Positions 28,001-43,839 of a DNA stretch of 64,000 bases are shown here, one piece after another. The stretch is from Eledone cirrhosa (lineage: Eukaryota). The notes under the pieces were generated by a model. That model did not search any database. It was not told where the DNA came from and saw only the letters and a list, made by a program, of their open reading frames with translations. A program made the translations under genes and the position numbers. The first letter of the stretch is position 1. The number at the start of each line of letters is the position of its first letter. The stretch spans positions 99,076,001-99,140,000 of the forward strand of contig OZ024742.1 in NCBI GenBank assembly GCA_964016885.1, in the 5' to 3' direction.

Positions 28001-30619
28001 GAGTAAAGTTTTACAGCTTCTACTTCAAATTTTGTTTTTTTTTTCTCAAATTGTGTAGCCATTGTTTAGGAATGATTTATTATTCAAGTGAACATATAAA
28101 CAGAAATGTTAGGGATTTTGTTATATAATTCTGTCAGGGATTCGTATCGAGAAAAGAGCTCGGTGAAACTTGTCTTAGGACTTAATAATGCCATCTACAT
28201 GTTTAACAGCTTAATCAGTAGAGGTAAAACATCTCCTAGGATACTTTTCAGAAACACCATGACATGTAACAAGAAAGGAGAAATTTATCTTGAGACTGCA
28301 CATCTGCTCTGACTACTTGAAATGGAGTGGAATTTATTGCCGCTGGTGGAGGTTTTAAACCAGGCGACGGATTAGGTTTACCGCCAAGTGATTATTTGAC
28401 AACACATCTGGTATAATATATATAGTTACACATACATTGGCATTACTGGCTAAACACACGAAGTAGCTTAACTACAGCGTTTTCATACGTCTCGTATGAC
28501 CGGAAAATTCGATGACTACAGCTCTTCTTAAACACCAACCAATAAAAATAAAACAAAATACATTGACATTTCATATAAAATGTAAATAGTTGCGTAGGCT
28601 GGAGTAGTTTCCAGGGGAAGATGTGTTTTACGTCATCTATGTTATGTCAAACAACTGAGGAACAGAACTGTTACAACTCCGATGGACATTAATTATATGA
28701 GTATTATCTAGCTTGATAACTGTATTTGTTTCATCTACTTACCATTCCTCTTTATCTCCCAGGTATCTTTTAGTTCTAGATTTTCTTTCGTCTCTTTATA
28801 TTTTGTCCGCCTCAATAATTCACTTCTTTATTTCATTATTCTTATCTCTCCCCCGTTCTTTTATTCTTATCATTTTTCTTTTAATTCTTCTTTCATCTGC
28901 CACCACGCAGCCCTCTTCGTAAGACTTCAATAATGAAACAGAAACAATGAATCCGCGCGTTTAGTTTTGTCTTCTGCAATTCTACTGAACAACATTATAA
29001 CGTTGCTTATCTGTCGACTCTTACACTCAAACAATGTAATATTTATTTTAAATGATTTAATATACTTTCACCTACAAAGCTATACAATTATCATACCGGT
29101 ATCCAAAAGAGCGTTCTATCACTACAGGCCAACAATTATATGGTGTATTATACTTAGCTAGATTCTTACTAACGTGTATCGGCAATGTACGGAGATATAT
29201 TACTCTGACGAGGACAGTTCAAAGACTTGAAATGCACGACGTGTTCTCTTCTCTATCTTTTAAGGAAAGATGTAGAATTAGTCTTCAAATAATTCTTTTT
29301 TCTGTCTCTACTCAAGTGCATATACTTCAGCAATTTAATATTCTCCACAATAAATATGCTTCTATGTACATAATTATTTATTCATTTCCTATCATTTATT
29401 TGAGTTTATCACAAATTCTTTCTTCTGTCTATCATTCAATATTTCTTTCTACGGTAATTTACTCCGGCCACCATATTTATTAAATCCATCATACAAATTT
29501 TACCTCTTTAACTGAAAACAACCCAATTAATTATCTGGTTTTTGTATATATATGTATTGAAATGTGTCCCTTTTACCTCCCAGTCTACTTTTCTTTTGAA
29601 TCTACAATCACTTTTATCTTCCATTTTTCATATATTTAATACATTTAAATACACACAAACATATGCATGTAATAATTAGATGTAGACAGAGATGCGCAAA
29701 TAGGGTGAACAAAGCCCGAAGTTTATTGGATTGCAAATAGTTGACAATCATTTATGTTTTATGGTAAATATTTTAAGATAGTGTCCTATATCATATATAG
29801 TTATTGCCATTTTATTTGGATGCTTATATTTTTCAATGTGACGAATGCATTGCATGCTCTGCATTGAAATCACGACACTATTATCCACTTCATGATAAAT
29901 GAATGTCCACACAGCCATCTCAGTGTCTCGGCAGCAATATCAAATGTCATCTATTATCACCTAACACTTACCGCTTCATGCTTATTATAGATGAATACTC
30001 ACCGATTCTTATTGCATTTGCATGTTCTGCCAGGACATATGTGCTGCAAAATATACCTTTTTGTTTGATACCCATGTAGAAGAATTGGCGTTGCATCAAC
30101 AAAGGAGGTTCTTGTATGTGAGAGATCGTGATTTACAGGAAATCGATGAAACTCTGCTTCCAGTGAAAATATATTCCATTGGTTATAACCACTGTTGTTC
30201 TCTTACGAATCCGGCTAGAAAATATTTTAGAACACTTTGACATGTCGAGGAGTTAGGATTAGTAACTATATGTTCGGGTGCAATCCGACTGTTGATGCGG
30301 TTAATGAAGAAAACATCAAGAACCCATTAAACAAATATTCTTGTCACTCAACAAAGATCTGAAAAATAACTGACAAGAAGCTTAAACTTTAAAGCGCCGC
30401 TGATTAATGTTAAGCTATTATTGCTCGCTTCGGCTTCGGCTTAGATACTTTATGTTTATATATAATTTAGCTAAAAGCTGACAATCTGTGATATGTAATA
30501 TAACTATACATATTTACACCTCTGATTCGAATATAGAATTCATCAATTGAGTAAAACAAAAACAAAAAAAAATATATAATATGAAATATAATATAAAATA
30601 TATAATAAATAAAAAATAA

Positions 30620-30946
30620 AAATTGTTTCTACTTTTGGCACAAGGCCAGCAATTACTCAGTATATTACTGGTACTTTATTTTATCGACCCCGTAAGGATG
30701 AAAGGCAAAGTTAACCTCGGCGGGATTTGAACTCAGAATGGCAAGGGCCGTAACTCTATGCTTTTGGTACAATGCCAACAATTTTTGGGGAAAGTGGATT
30801 GAGTCGATCACATTGTTTTACCATTACATCATGTTATCGATCCCGTAAGGATAAAAGGCAAAGATAACCTCGGCTGTATTTGATCTCAGACCGTAAAGGG
30901 TTGTAACTCTATGCCGCTAAGCATGGTGTCCGACGCACTACCGATA
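30620..30946 (-). mobile_element. two adjacent SINE copies (one truncated, one diverged)
   Basis: SINE core and B-box GAGTTCAAATCC on the minus strand. Confidence 0.8.
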
Positions 30947-30947
30947 A

Positions 30948-32267
30948 TCTCTCTATATATAAAACGGAAGATGTCTGTCTGTGTGTGTATGATTTTTACG
31001 CATTTCCACATTTCTCTCCCGATTTTGATGATTTTTTTCCAAAGTGCTCAAAATTTACGATGGTCAACGAGTAATAAACTTTGCCAAATATTTTCTGTTT
31101 CTATGAAAAAAATCGATAAAACTAAATACATGCTGTAACCCTCTCTTTTACACGCTTATTCACTCTCTCTACTACCCAACAGCGACAAAAGTTCGTTCAG
31201 GAACGCGACATAAACTTTGAAAACTAAGCAACACATCATTTTATACAACAACAAACATAGTCATAACGCTCTCTCCGTCGCTCTTCCCTCTCTCTATAAT
31301 AGATCATTCCGCTCTCTATAATTTAACTGCTTCACTCTCTTCATGCTTTGAGGTTTAACACACCTCCCTAAAGTTTCTTAGCTTTACTTTCTCCGTCGCT
31401 CTTCCCTCTCTCTATAATATATTATCCCCCCTCTCTATAATTTAACTGCTGGGGGTGTCATTGGAGTTCCGTATTGACATACGGCTTTTCTGGGGTATTT
31501 TAAATCGGCTTATTGCAAATAACAACCCGCAAAATAATACTTAAAATAACTTCATATAACAGATTAATGCTATAGACATATGAATCGGAATGTTTAAATT
31601 ATTTATTTTTTACGACTTTCATTGGTTAAATATTAATATAACAACACCCATATGTGTTGTACTTCTGGCAATTCTGCCGGAATACACTGCCAAGTATTAA
31701 CCTTTTCCCTTCGGCGTCAGATATCCCGTTCGATTTCCGGCGATCCCAATTTCCGGTGAGACCATGTTTTACCATGTCCATTAACAAGTCACAAGGGCAA
31801 ACATTGTCGGTGGCGAGCATCCATTTGGAGGAGCCATGCTTCTCCGATGGCCAACTTTATTTTACCTGTTCCCGCGTAGGGAGCAGGAATGGACTTTTTG
31901 CTTACACTCCTCAAGGGATGACACGCAATTTCGTCTACAAAAAGGTGCTATAGATGTTGGTGCAGGTTTTGGAGCTATGCCATCAGGAAAACTATTTCCT
32001 GGTAGGGTCACCCATGGCCTACAGATGTGACACCCAGCGACATCAGGGCCACGATCTTGCAACTTTGGTCTGCTAAATTCGCTATTGGAAGATTATTAAC
32101 CCATCATTGATTGTACAAAATCCTAATTGGTTCGTAACTTTTAATAACCGGTTCAACTGCTTTATGCACTTAATTGATAAGCTTATTCGCTTTCAAGCCA
32201 CGTCTACCTGTATATAACTTTTCATAGCAAATGAACAAACCCGAGCAACGCCGGGCTAAACTGCTAG
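30948..32267 (+). mobile_element. non-autonomous Helitron with PIF1 helicase C-terminal remnant
   Basis: A|TC 5' end; subterminal hairpin cccgagc aac gccggg at 32240-32255; CTAG|T 3' end; ORF 31654-31953 reads QFPVRPCFTMSINKSQGQTL...GQLY..CSRV. Confidence 0.9.
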
Positions 32268-32399
32268 TAATAGTAATAAAGATTTCTGATTTAGACACAA
32301 GTCCAACAATTTGTGGAAAGAGGAAAGTCGATTAAATCAACTTTAGTTCCTTATTAGTGCTATCGAATGACCAGTTAAAGTCAGCACGCATTGTTGTAC

Positions 32400-33000
32400 C
32401 AGATGATATGGGTGTAGATGTGAAGGCAAAGAAAAACAATAAGGGAGACCAAAGAGAAAAAAGTGCCATTGGTGAAAAGGAGAATATAGGCTACTATAAA
32501 TAACCTCTTGAAGGATATTTCGCTATTAGTCCGAAAAGAGAAGGACGAGCTTAGAAATGTAAAAAAAAAACAAGAAAGTATGGCATTGAAAGAAAAGGCC
32601 TAAAAGTAGTAATGGAGGAACTCAAGCAATATCTCATAGCAAAACAAAGCTACATGAGAACAGAATAAAGCAATATCAGAAAAATAGAGTATTCAGTGTA
32701 GATCAAACGAGATTTTACCGTGACAGAAATGGAGAGTGTACAAATAAAGTAATTATAACGGATAACACTGAAAGTCAAAAGTGTGGAGGGAAATTTGTAG
32801 TAAAGTGAAGGAGCAAAAAAAGGACACTGAATGGTTAGAGAACCAAAATACACAACAGTTTGCTCATAACGGGTAGAACTAGCGATTTCAGCTGGGGACA
32901 TGAAGGATGCCAACAAAAGGAAGAGCAACTGGAATATTCCAGGAATAGACATCTGTAGCCGTGGAATCCTTGGTTGTGATAAATGAATGGCATCTTCTAA
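32400..33000 (+). mobile_element. decayed R4/Dong-like LINE fragment
   Basis: Broken frames give KGLKVVMEELKQ, ENRIKQYQKNRVFSVDQTRF and KSNWNIPGID (NWKAPG-like). Confidence 0.55.
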
Positions 33001-33325
33001 GGACACAAGAGTTTCTATCGCCCGTAAACAATCCCTACACCCACCATCATGCTTACAAACTCACATGCCTTGCATTATGGACGGATGATGAGACTGGATC
33101 ATTAAAATGTGTATAGTGTTTTCGCAGGATTAAAATTCTAAAGAAGGTTTCTGGTCCGGCCTTTTGTTGATTTTAATGAATATTTGACTCCGCTCCTGCA
33201 ACGGCCATGGAATACCAAATCTACGATGAATGATTTCATCGCGCAGACTGCTTTAATGTATTGCTTTAACGTTTACTAAGCGTAATTACCAATTTTAGCC
33301 ATTGGTATACAACTTAACATAAATG

Positions 33326-33364
<39 letters not shown>

Positions 33365-33674
33365 CATACATGCATACATATATTTATCTATCTATCTACA
33401 CACAGACATACCCATATATAAATATATATATATAACAGAAGTCCGATGAAATTTTAATTCCACAGTCGAGCTCAATTGATACTGATCGAACCTCGATCTG
33501 ATCAATCGTGAAACGTGCCTCTAATCTCTATAAATGCAATTAAAATGTAGCACCTCGGTCATAAGATTATATATATATATATACACATACATATATATAT
33601 ATACATACAATATATATGTGTTTGTGTGTATATGTGTGTGTGTGTGAATGTGCGTGTGCGTATGCATGTGTGTA

Positions 33675-33839
<165 letters not shown>

Positions 33840-34007
33840 GAGAGAGAGGGAGAGAAAATTAGTATATATGTAGACTTAATAATTTGTTCAAAATTTATGA
33901 TACATATCATTACTTGCTATAATATTCCTCTTATTAAATTCCCTCTGCTTCATTTATATGGTCTAATAAATATTATTTATATTTTGCCTGTTTCCAAGCA
34001 AGCTTGC

Positions 34008-34058
<51 letters not shown>

Positions 34059-34151
34059 AAAAAGTATGACCCCGACGGCAGATCTCAAGCCGTTTTGTAT
34101 TGAGTACTCTGGTGCGTTTGGTCCGTCTGGTTCCTTACCACAATTCTTTCG

Positions 34152-34187
<36 letters not shown>

Positions 34188-34208
34188 GTATATATATGCA
34201 CATATATG

Positions 34209-34293
<85 letters not shown>

Positions 34294-35349
34294 AGAGCCA
34301 GTCACACGCATACATGCAAACGTACATATACCTGTAGGAAATTTAACGTCTGCATACATTTATAGAACTGCAGTTAGAAAAAATATGTCTTCATATTATC
34401 AATATTCCTTCATATATGTGTCACCTCAGCAACATTTCGAAAGAAAATAAATGACTGAAAAATGTGTTATTCTTTATATTTCTTATTCTACAATCCTGCT
34501 AATTTGTATAATTACAATCCTCTGTGTCACAACGTAAGGCAAATAGAAGTTCATATATATTGAAATGTGTCATATAATAGAATTGTGCAAACTATATATC
34601 ATAAGAATACTTCAAATTTAATATACATATATAATATAGCACTCAATTTAGTCACCCTTCCCCCAGATCGAATACTTATCGATTGTTTCAAAATCAAGTT
34701 CCGTGATGTTTTAAACTCAATAATGGTTATAATTGTCCTTGAGGGAGAGCGTCAAACATTTCTGAGGAGCAGAGATTTGATGTTTGTGAACTCTTATCCT
34801 ACCGAATATCCTAGAATCGCCACTTTTTCCATGATATCACCCATTTCAATCTTCCAACATAATTTGGTATGCTATAAATACCATCTTAATAATGAGTTAA
34901 TTATTAATGCAATAAATCCCTTCCAAACTCTTCATTAACGAATTGATATACCGAATATGCCACTAGAGATAAAGTCATGAAAGGGGTTAATCGAATTTAG
35001 CTAATGGTTCATGCTATCGACCACGGTAGCATGAGAGCGTAATCGAACCCAGATAATGGATTTCAACTCGGTGTATAAATTGTCTCAGATATAGACACAA
35101 CCTCAAAGAATTTATGAGGAGTTGCATGAATTGAAGTATTTGGCTATTTACGCATTTGTAATGCTATTTATGTATATATTTAAAACATACTTGTAATGTT
35201 ATTTATACAACAGTCAATAAAATACATCTCGTATTATCAGAAGATAGAATGAGATAGAAAAGATGAAATAGAAAGATAGAAAGTGAGAAGAGAACGGAAA
35301 ATTTTGGGGGAGAAAAAACACGTGTGTATTTAGTTATACACACACAGAC

Positions 35350-36830
35350 CACAACTAAATATGGAATGATACGCAATGGGGCTCCGACACAGCCCCGGCG
35401 GTCAGAATGGAGAAAGCTTTTCCCCGGAGGACAGCAAGAGAGACGCGCTGGAAAAGCCACTCCAACTCGCGGGACTCACACCTGCGGCTGGCCAGCTCAG
35501 TGCCTATGGTGGTGATTAAGGAGGTAGCCCTAGATCCGAGGACACCAGAAGTCTACACTGCGAGGGGTACAACCGCAAACCTGTCGGAGTGTGACCGGTA
35601 TTTGAGGAGTTTAGTCTCCTCAGCCCGACGTGCAGCAGAACCCGGGTTAATCGCAGATTGCACCAGGTTGTGGCTGCAGAAAGTGTCGGTGCAAGTGGCA
35701 TCCCAGACGAGAGGTTGACCACCGCGGAACGGGAAGATGGTCATGCCATCTTGCATTTTGCCGTCCCCTTCGTCCAGACCCACCGGCTCGAGCTGAGAAG
35801 GGAGGCCTGCAGCGTCCAAGCCATGCTTTATGGCCTAGTTGAGGGCAGCATGGCTTGGAAGGTGGCAGGCACTGTGGAGACAGGAAAGCGGGTGGAAGCC
35901 GAAAGTGTCCACGGTGGATCCGCAGCGACATTGATGTGGATCGCAGATCCGGAGGCCGCACCTCAAGGAAACGCCAGTGCGCAGGCTATTATTGTCTAGC
36001 TGCGTGCCAGTGGAGAAGGAGGGCAGGGCATGGAGCCAGGCACCACTGTGGGGTTTGGAGGCCGCACGAAAACAGGCAAGTCGGTGTTGGTCGAGCTGGC
36101 GCGTGAGCTGTCTGAGGCCAGACTGCACTGGATGGCATCCCAAGTGCTTTGGGGGTAACTTGACGTCAATAGGGGGAGAAGGAGGAGGGACGTCTACTAA
36201 CCTGAGTCCCAGCCGTTCCCACGTCTCACAGGCAGCCTCATGTTCTCTGAACACAGAGGGATCTATTGTGTTTTGGAGAACCCTGCTGACGAGGACGCGG
36301 CACGAGTTTACCGACGAAAGATACGCCGGCAATGCCAGTGAGATCGGGGACAGGAGGCCAAGGCCGCCATACCTGACAGGTAAAGTGGCCTGTTGCCATC
36401 CAATGACGTCAAACTTGACGTTACATATCTCCTCGGCTGCTCCTCGGATACAAGTATCAACGTCTTTGATGAGAGATGTGTGAGTGTAGCACGGAGCGCT
36501 GCGAAGATTATAGAGGAGCTTCGGCATGGCGAAGCAGTTCCTCAAAAGAAAGAGGGCTGGGTGGCCGTTGATCAAGCCCAGTCGGCTCTTGAGAGTCTGG
36601 AGTTGTTGAAGCCTGTACCTGATGGTGGAGCGGATGGCCGGCGGGTGGATCGGTGACCCGAGGATGAAGACATCCTCTTTAGGGGTCACCTGTACCTGGT
36701 GGAGAATGGACAGCACATCCGAGACAGAGCTTGCAAAGCTCTCAGCAGCGTGGTTGACGTTTACCACCTCCGACTTAGTCTAGTTTACCTGGAGGCCGAT
36801 TCCTGCCAAGGCAGGAACCACCGATTTAGT
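35350..36830 (-). mobile_element. 5'-truncated CRE-type (restriction-like endonuclease) non-LTR retrotransposon
   Basis: LPVRYGGLG, SGAWLHALP, CxC..H..SC knuckle, WDATCTDT, AEETKLLKY, FAVVPLAV, FQRVSLAVLRG; GC-rich island. Confidence 0.88.
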
Positions 36831-39425
36831 TACATGTTTTATCGACCATGGAAAATGAAAGTACAATTGAATACAGGGATGGCATTTAGAAATCACTATT
36901 GATAATAAAATGATTCAGAAAATGATGGTGTATTGGTTGGAGTGACAAATTAAAACATCTTTCGCTGATTGTTCGAACTCTGTGCGCTCTGATTCCAAAT
37001 CCCGTCGAGAATTTTCTCTTTTGTTATTTCAGAGTTAACTACCGAGCGGTGGAATTATTGGACTGTGAGACGTGATGCTTTAAAGTAGCTATTTTATCCC
37101 TTGTGACATTACTAGTGCCAATCTGTATTGTCCATTGCATTTCTATTAGGCAACCTAGGTACCGTGGAACCGGAAAACGCCCGTGCATGGGCAAATGCGA
37201 TTCTTCGATGGAATAACGTTTTACACCGGTCTCGATCCTATGGGCTGAAAGACGAGATAGAGTACATAAAAAAATCGAAACGAAGCGGAGACACAACGGG
37301 GCAAAAATAGTCACTGAGAAGGACACAGAACATGTCAAGAAAATATTTTGACTATTAAATACCATCCGATTTCTAAACTAACCGAAGAATAGATTAATTA
37401 TCAAACAAATAATAAAGTCGTTGGAAAAATTAACTGGTGTGTGATTTTTATATTGTCAATATGACACTACCAACGTTATGAAATTATTTGTTTCAATAAA
37501 CCATTTTAAATAAAATATCTGGCAAAACTGAAACGACGTAGAACTACATATTTAACAGAGATAGATTGATAGAAAGAGGGACATCCCTAATCCTTTCAAG
37601 ATCACAAAATATATTACAGCTAGATATCGAGACAAATATTGAAGGATACGTGAGTAACTCCAATATGGAAGAGAATAAGTCAGGAACAAGGAGAGATCCA
37701 ACAACTTATTGTTACAATCTGTCTACGTAGCGACAGGTAGACAATGTCTCAATATTCTATACAGGTGACTGGAAATGAACATTCTTCTATAATTAGAAGA
37801 TACAAACTCATGCAAAAAGAAATTAATTTCAATAGTTTAAACGATATTTCTTTCGAGGAAAAGGAACGAAACCCAAAATCAATGTATTTCATCTGCATGG
37901 ATTCTTTAGTTCCTACAGACATATTTATTGCACCAGACCATTTATATGGCAGTTTAATATCACCGTGCTATATATTATTCCAGTCAATTCAGTCTTACAT
38001 TCTGTACTTCATACACAGTTATTATAGAATGGTCTTTTAACAAACAACAAACAAGAAAGATATCATACTGTGTCTTTTATATTTACTACTACATGAGTTG
38101 TTGTTTTTTTCCTAAACATGAAAGTCAGTTCTCTTTTCAATATGGTTAGGATGTTTCTTTTATTTGTTTATTAAACAATGTTGGTTTTTATTCGATGTTT
38201 CTGTCCCCACAAAATATATGTATGTATATAGGGTTATGGGTATGTGTGAAGTTGTAATCAGGTTTGTTTGCTAATATATGTGTTTTTGTCTTATATATAT
38301 ACAGTCTACATGATTGTATGTATGCATAGGATTAATGAGTGATGAGTGAGATGTATATGTTTATAGGAGTGTGTGTGTGTGGAGTGTAACATGGTAGGAT
38401 TGAAAATGTGAGAATGGAAAGAGGTGGGAGAAGTTGTAGTTGTGTAAATATCATTGCGTTGTTTTTACCTAACTGAAAAGAGCATCCAACATGAATGATT
38501 AGACGGTATTCTTTGTGATAACTAGTAGTAGGATAACCATGGTTTAAACGGTCACTACACACTAAAAGAAGTAAATTAGTTTGGGCAGATGGGTTGTAGA
38601 AACGAGAAAGAGGTGATATGGTGGTATTTAGCGGATATTTTTGAAATGTTCGATGACAAGAACTGCTAGCCAGCGGTCAGTCTCTCAAATATATAAGCCA
38701 CCACAAACGTGTCATAATTGTTTGACGATACCATGAGGGCATTAGTAAGTTCCAAGAAGGATAGTAATGTTGATAGAAAAATGTGTACACACACACATGC
38801 ACACACATACACACACATAAACATATATGTATATATATAAATATATATGCATATAGATATATATATAGGGAGAGAGAGAGAAAGGGGGAGGGGGAGAGAC
38901 AGGAGGGGTAGAGAGAGGGGTAAGATATTTAACGGATATGATCTAAACAGTGTTATAGAACAAGATTGAAAGAGGGGGTGAGAGAAAGATTATTATACTA
39001 TATTTTGTATGTTTGCGAAAGAGTGAGAGAGAGAGAGAGGGAGAGAGAGTGAGAGAGAGAGAGGGGGAAAGGGAGAAAGAGAGGTGGGGCAATATATAGA
39101 AGTTTATAACAAATAAAGTTCCACAAAACGAAAAAAATATATTTGGTTGGGATAAATATGATACGATTACGTGCGACTTGTGTGTATGCGGCGGCACGTT
39201 AGTGTACATGTATGTTGGGATGTTTACGCGTGTGAATGCGAACACTCATATAGATACGTCTTTTAATATATAACTGTTTAAATACGTATATACGTATAGG
39301 ATACACTATGGAAAGCTAAAATGTAAGAAGCCAGATAGGAAAAACCAAAAACCACACTGATGATTACAAACAGTTGGGTTGTCACGAAAAATCCCAGAGA
39401 TAAGAAAATAGCTGATTAAAATAAG

Positions 39426-39467
<42 letters not shown>

Positions 39468-39478
39468 AGTAGGTATGT

Positions 39479-39552
<74 letters not shown>

Positions 39553-39554
39553 TG

Positions 39555-39651
<97 letters not shown>

Positions 39652-39730
39652 GCTTAGACACACACACACATATATATATATACATATGTAAATATATATA
39701 TATATATATACATACATATATATGTATGTA

Positions 39731-39769
<39 letters not shown>

Positions 39770-39909
39770 ATGTAAATAGTATATATATGTATATATATAG
39801 ATATATAGATAGATACATATATACATATATACATGCATATATATATATATATATATATATAAATGGGTCTAAGCATATATATATGTGTATACGCATATAT
39901 TTATATATA

Positions 39910-39990
<81 letters not shown>

Positions 39991-40057
39991 CATACCTGCA
40001 TGCATACATACATATATATATATATACACATATCTATATATATATATTGCATACCTG

Positions 40058-40156
<99 letters not shown>

Positions 40157-40616
40157 CATATATATATTGCGCATATATATACACATATATCTAGAGATAA
40201 ATTTTCAAAAATGGGATATTAAAGACAAATAGTAGCAAAATATAAAGAAAGACATGAAGAACATACGCCAGAAATATAAAATAAGATAAACGTGTAGGAG
40301 CAAAAGTGTAAACCGTTAAAATACAAAAGATTTAAAGAAAAGATGATTTTATTTACTTATGAAAATAAATATAACTGGAGACTGAAAGTAAACAAAAGGA
40401 ATAATGTAATATCACACAATAAATATAATACGAGATTGTTCCGAAAGCCGAACAAATATACACATACACACAATCACCCACCCATGCACCAACATACTCT
40501 CACACAGACACACACTCAAATACACACATTTATATATACATACACACACACACACACTTATATATATATATATATATGTATAAAATGTATATGTATATAT
40601 ACACGTTTACATATAC

Positions 40617-40682
<66 letters not shown>

Positions 40683-40790
40683 TTCTTGTGTGTGCGTGTG
40701 TCTCTGTGTATATATATATACATGTACATATATATATAGAGAGAGATTTATATTCATTTATATACATATAATTTTATTCATATATACATT

Positions 40791-40826
<36 letters not shown>

Positions 40827-40851
40827 GTTTTATTCATATATATATATACAT

Positions 40852-40895
<44 letters not shown>

Positions 40896-41033
40896 GTTTT
40901 GGAAGCCTCAATAATGCAGATGGGTAAAACTCCGGGTAACAGAATCAGGTGATAATGAGAGAAAGTTGTAAGAGGAAGCGTACAAAGAGACGTAGAAAGC
41001 GTAAAAGAACGCAGGTAAAGTGTAAAAAATAAT

Positions 41034-41220
41034 TGTTTCTACTTTAGGCACAAGGCCAGCAATTACCCAGTGCATTACTGGTACTTTATTTTATCGACTC
41101 CGTAAGGATGAAAGACAAAGTCAACCTCGACGGGATTTGAACTCAGATCGTAAAGGGACGTAACTATGCTGGAAAGCATGGCGTCCGACCCTCTACCGAT
41201 ACTGCCAATCCACCGCCCTT
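41034..41220 (-). mobile_element. tRNA-derived SINE with 16-bp TSD
   Basis: TSD aagtgtaaaaaataat at 41018-41033 and 41221-41236. Confidence 0.9.
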
Positions 41221-41545
41221 AAGTGTAAAAAATAATAAGACGAGATAGAATTACCTTCGAAGTGATTTAACAGTCCCTATATTTCTGTTTTTGCATCCAT
41301 CGACTTGGGGTTTTCCGAGGGGCAAACAGTTGTGTGTGTCGGAGAAGAACAGCACGTGGTCTTCGCTCTTTATCGTGTGCGTACACCTGAAATACTCTAT
41401 CGGGCACGTGTGTGCGCGGAATTGTTGCGGTCAAATAAAGTTCGAAGCAGTTATTCTATACTAGACTAGTGGAGTGTGTGGGGGGGGGGTGTCAGTGTGT
41501 ACGTTTCATCGCTGTGAAATCTTTACGTCATGTCTGTGATATACG

Positions 41546-41579
<34 letters not shown>

Positions 41580-41735
41580 CACATATGTATATATATATAT
41601 ATATATATGTATTGGTTTAATGGTTGCGCAGTTGTCTCAATAAACAAAGATGTGGGGTTCGACTCCCATTTAGGTCAATACTCATTCCTTAGACCTCACT
41701 ATCAGGCAATCTTCTTTAGTCAAAACACGGCGAAA

Positions 41736-41840
<105 letters not shown>

Positions 41841-42078
41841 ATATATATATATTTATATATAAGTATATATATATATATATTTAATACAATAACAGAGATA
41901 GTTTAAAGCTAAACTCTGACTGGTAACCATCTCACTCAACAAACATTAGGTTATATTAAAATATAAACCCAATTTAAGTGTTTGGGGTGCTAACAATATG
42001 TATAATGGGGAAAAACCAGTTGTATTATTTTATGAGATATAATTAAAGTTAACATAGAAGTGTATCTATATATATATA

Positions 42079-42117
<39 letters not shown>

Positions 42118-42128
42118 AAAAAAAAATA

Positions 42129-42455
42129 AAAAATCAGTGATGCGTCTTGGACTCAGTTTAATGCGTGTTACAATTGTTTCACCGGTAGGTAGCTCGAGAC
42201 ATGATCACTGTATGGATCTGGCTGATTCTACGGCTGCAGGTTCCTTCCGACACGGGCAGTTCGTTCGGAGCAAATTTTCTCATATGATCATGTCTCAAGC
42301 TACCTTCCGGCGAAACAATTGTAACACGCAATAAACTGAGTCCAGATGCATCACTGATTTTTCGTTTTTTTATACTATCCACACTCTGTTCTGTATGAAT
42401 ATTGAGTGCTAATTTTGGCATACCGCCTATGGAAGCACCATAGCTACCATTATAC
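42129..42455 (+). mobile_element. short fold-back pLTR remnant with the 3' half of a hammerhead
   Basis: Arms 42129-42208 and 42285-42362; GAAAC-AAUU-GUA at ~42312-42323; bulged hairpin at 42382-42408. Confidence 0.65.
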
Positions 42456-42499
42456 ACACGTATATATATATATATGTGTATGTATATATAATCGTATAA

Positions 42500-42574
<75 letters not shown>

Positions 42575-43705
42575 CAACTGGCAATATGTAACCCGGAACA
42601 ACCTCTACATGATCGGGTCGTCAGGGACTTAACCAAGCTTGTTGTTTAGGAAGGTGATTTTGAACACCCTGTGGATGAACAGCGATACTCGTCAAAGGGC
42701 AGAGGAACTCAGGATAGTCAACGGCCATCCAATTTCTTTTTTTTTTTTTTGTGTGGAGCGAGAAATTCTTAGTCTTCATAAAGACTAAGAGAATTTTACT
42801 CTTATATAAAACCTGCGACATCCTTTTTATCCTATGATGTAGACCTGTTCCTCTTTTAGGGTAAAAGCTGTCGGTGTTCAGTGTGTGGGATTTTCCCAGT
42901 GCAATCCTTCTGTCACGTATAAAAGCATCAAGCACAGACATCGCTTAATATGTGACATGTTTCGCGAAGCATGGTATTGCTTGCCATATGCAAGTCCCAT
43001 GCAGGACGAAAAAGCCGCGTCGGTGATGCTCATGCTTAAGAATCAAGCGATGGCATTACATGAAATCGAATTGCAGCCATCATATATATATATACACTAT
43101 CTTCCCATTTAAAATATTATCTCTCATTCTATTTCAGCTGAAAGATTATTGTCCTTCAATAACAAGCTTAAAACTAATATAGGTTTTCATTGTACTCTGT
43201 CGTTTGCTTTGTTGTATCCCTGCCGATTTCGGTACGTGGATCAAACACATGCATATTTTCACCAGAACTATTCGTTTAAATATATAAGATGTTATATTGG
43301 CTGGAAGGTTTCCAAGATTAGAATACATAAATCGACGTTACTTTCAATACATTAATTTCGTCATTATAAATTTGCTTTATTTTATTTATATGAAACCCAT
43401 CTTCCTAATCACGCTAAAGAATATGCAATGGGTTTCGTATGTAGATTACATTACTGGTAGCTGTTTATAAAGTTTTTATATTGCTACAATTAACATTCCT
43501 TTTTCATTTAAATAACATCTACAACGAATGGTGAAGAATTAGAGATATTTTGACTGAAAAACATAACATAAAATCCGGAGACACAGTCTACTGGATAGGC
43601 CGAAATAAATTGTGGCTATTGATGTATGCATTGATAGACATATAGAGAGAGAATGTATATATATATCTATATATATACAAATATATACATATATTTTTTA
43701 TATGT

Positions 43706-43764
<59 letters not shown>

Positions 43765-43769
43765 CTGTG

Positions 43770-43839
<70 letters not shown>

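Noticed and set aside
29205-29245. CUGACGA...GAAA-UGCA
   Set aside because: No UH cleavage site or stem I; at best a decayed HHR
25400-30400. Host exons in the unique-looking region
   Set aside because: Only short ORFs without recognisable domains; small exons cannot be excluded by eye
33448-33525. CCGAUGA...hairpin...GAAAC
   Set aside because: No stem I or stem III closure
39382-40827. Many [12 protein letters not shown] ORFs here and throughout the window
   Set aside because: Translations of (TA)n, (CA)n and (TG)n microsatellites; not genes
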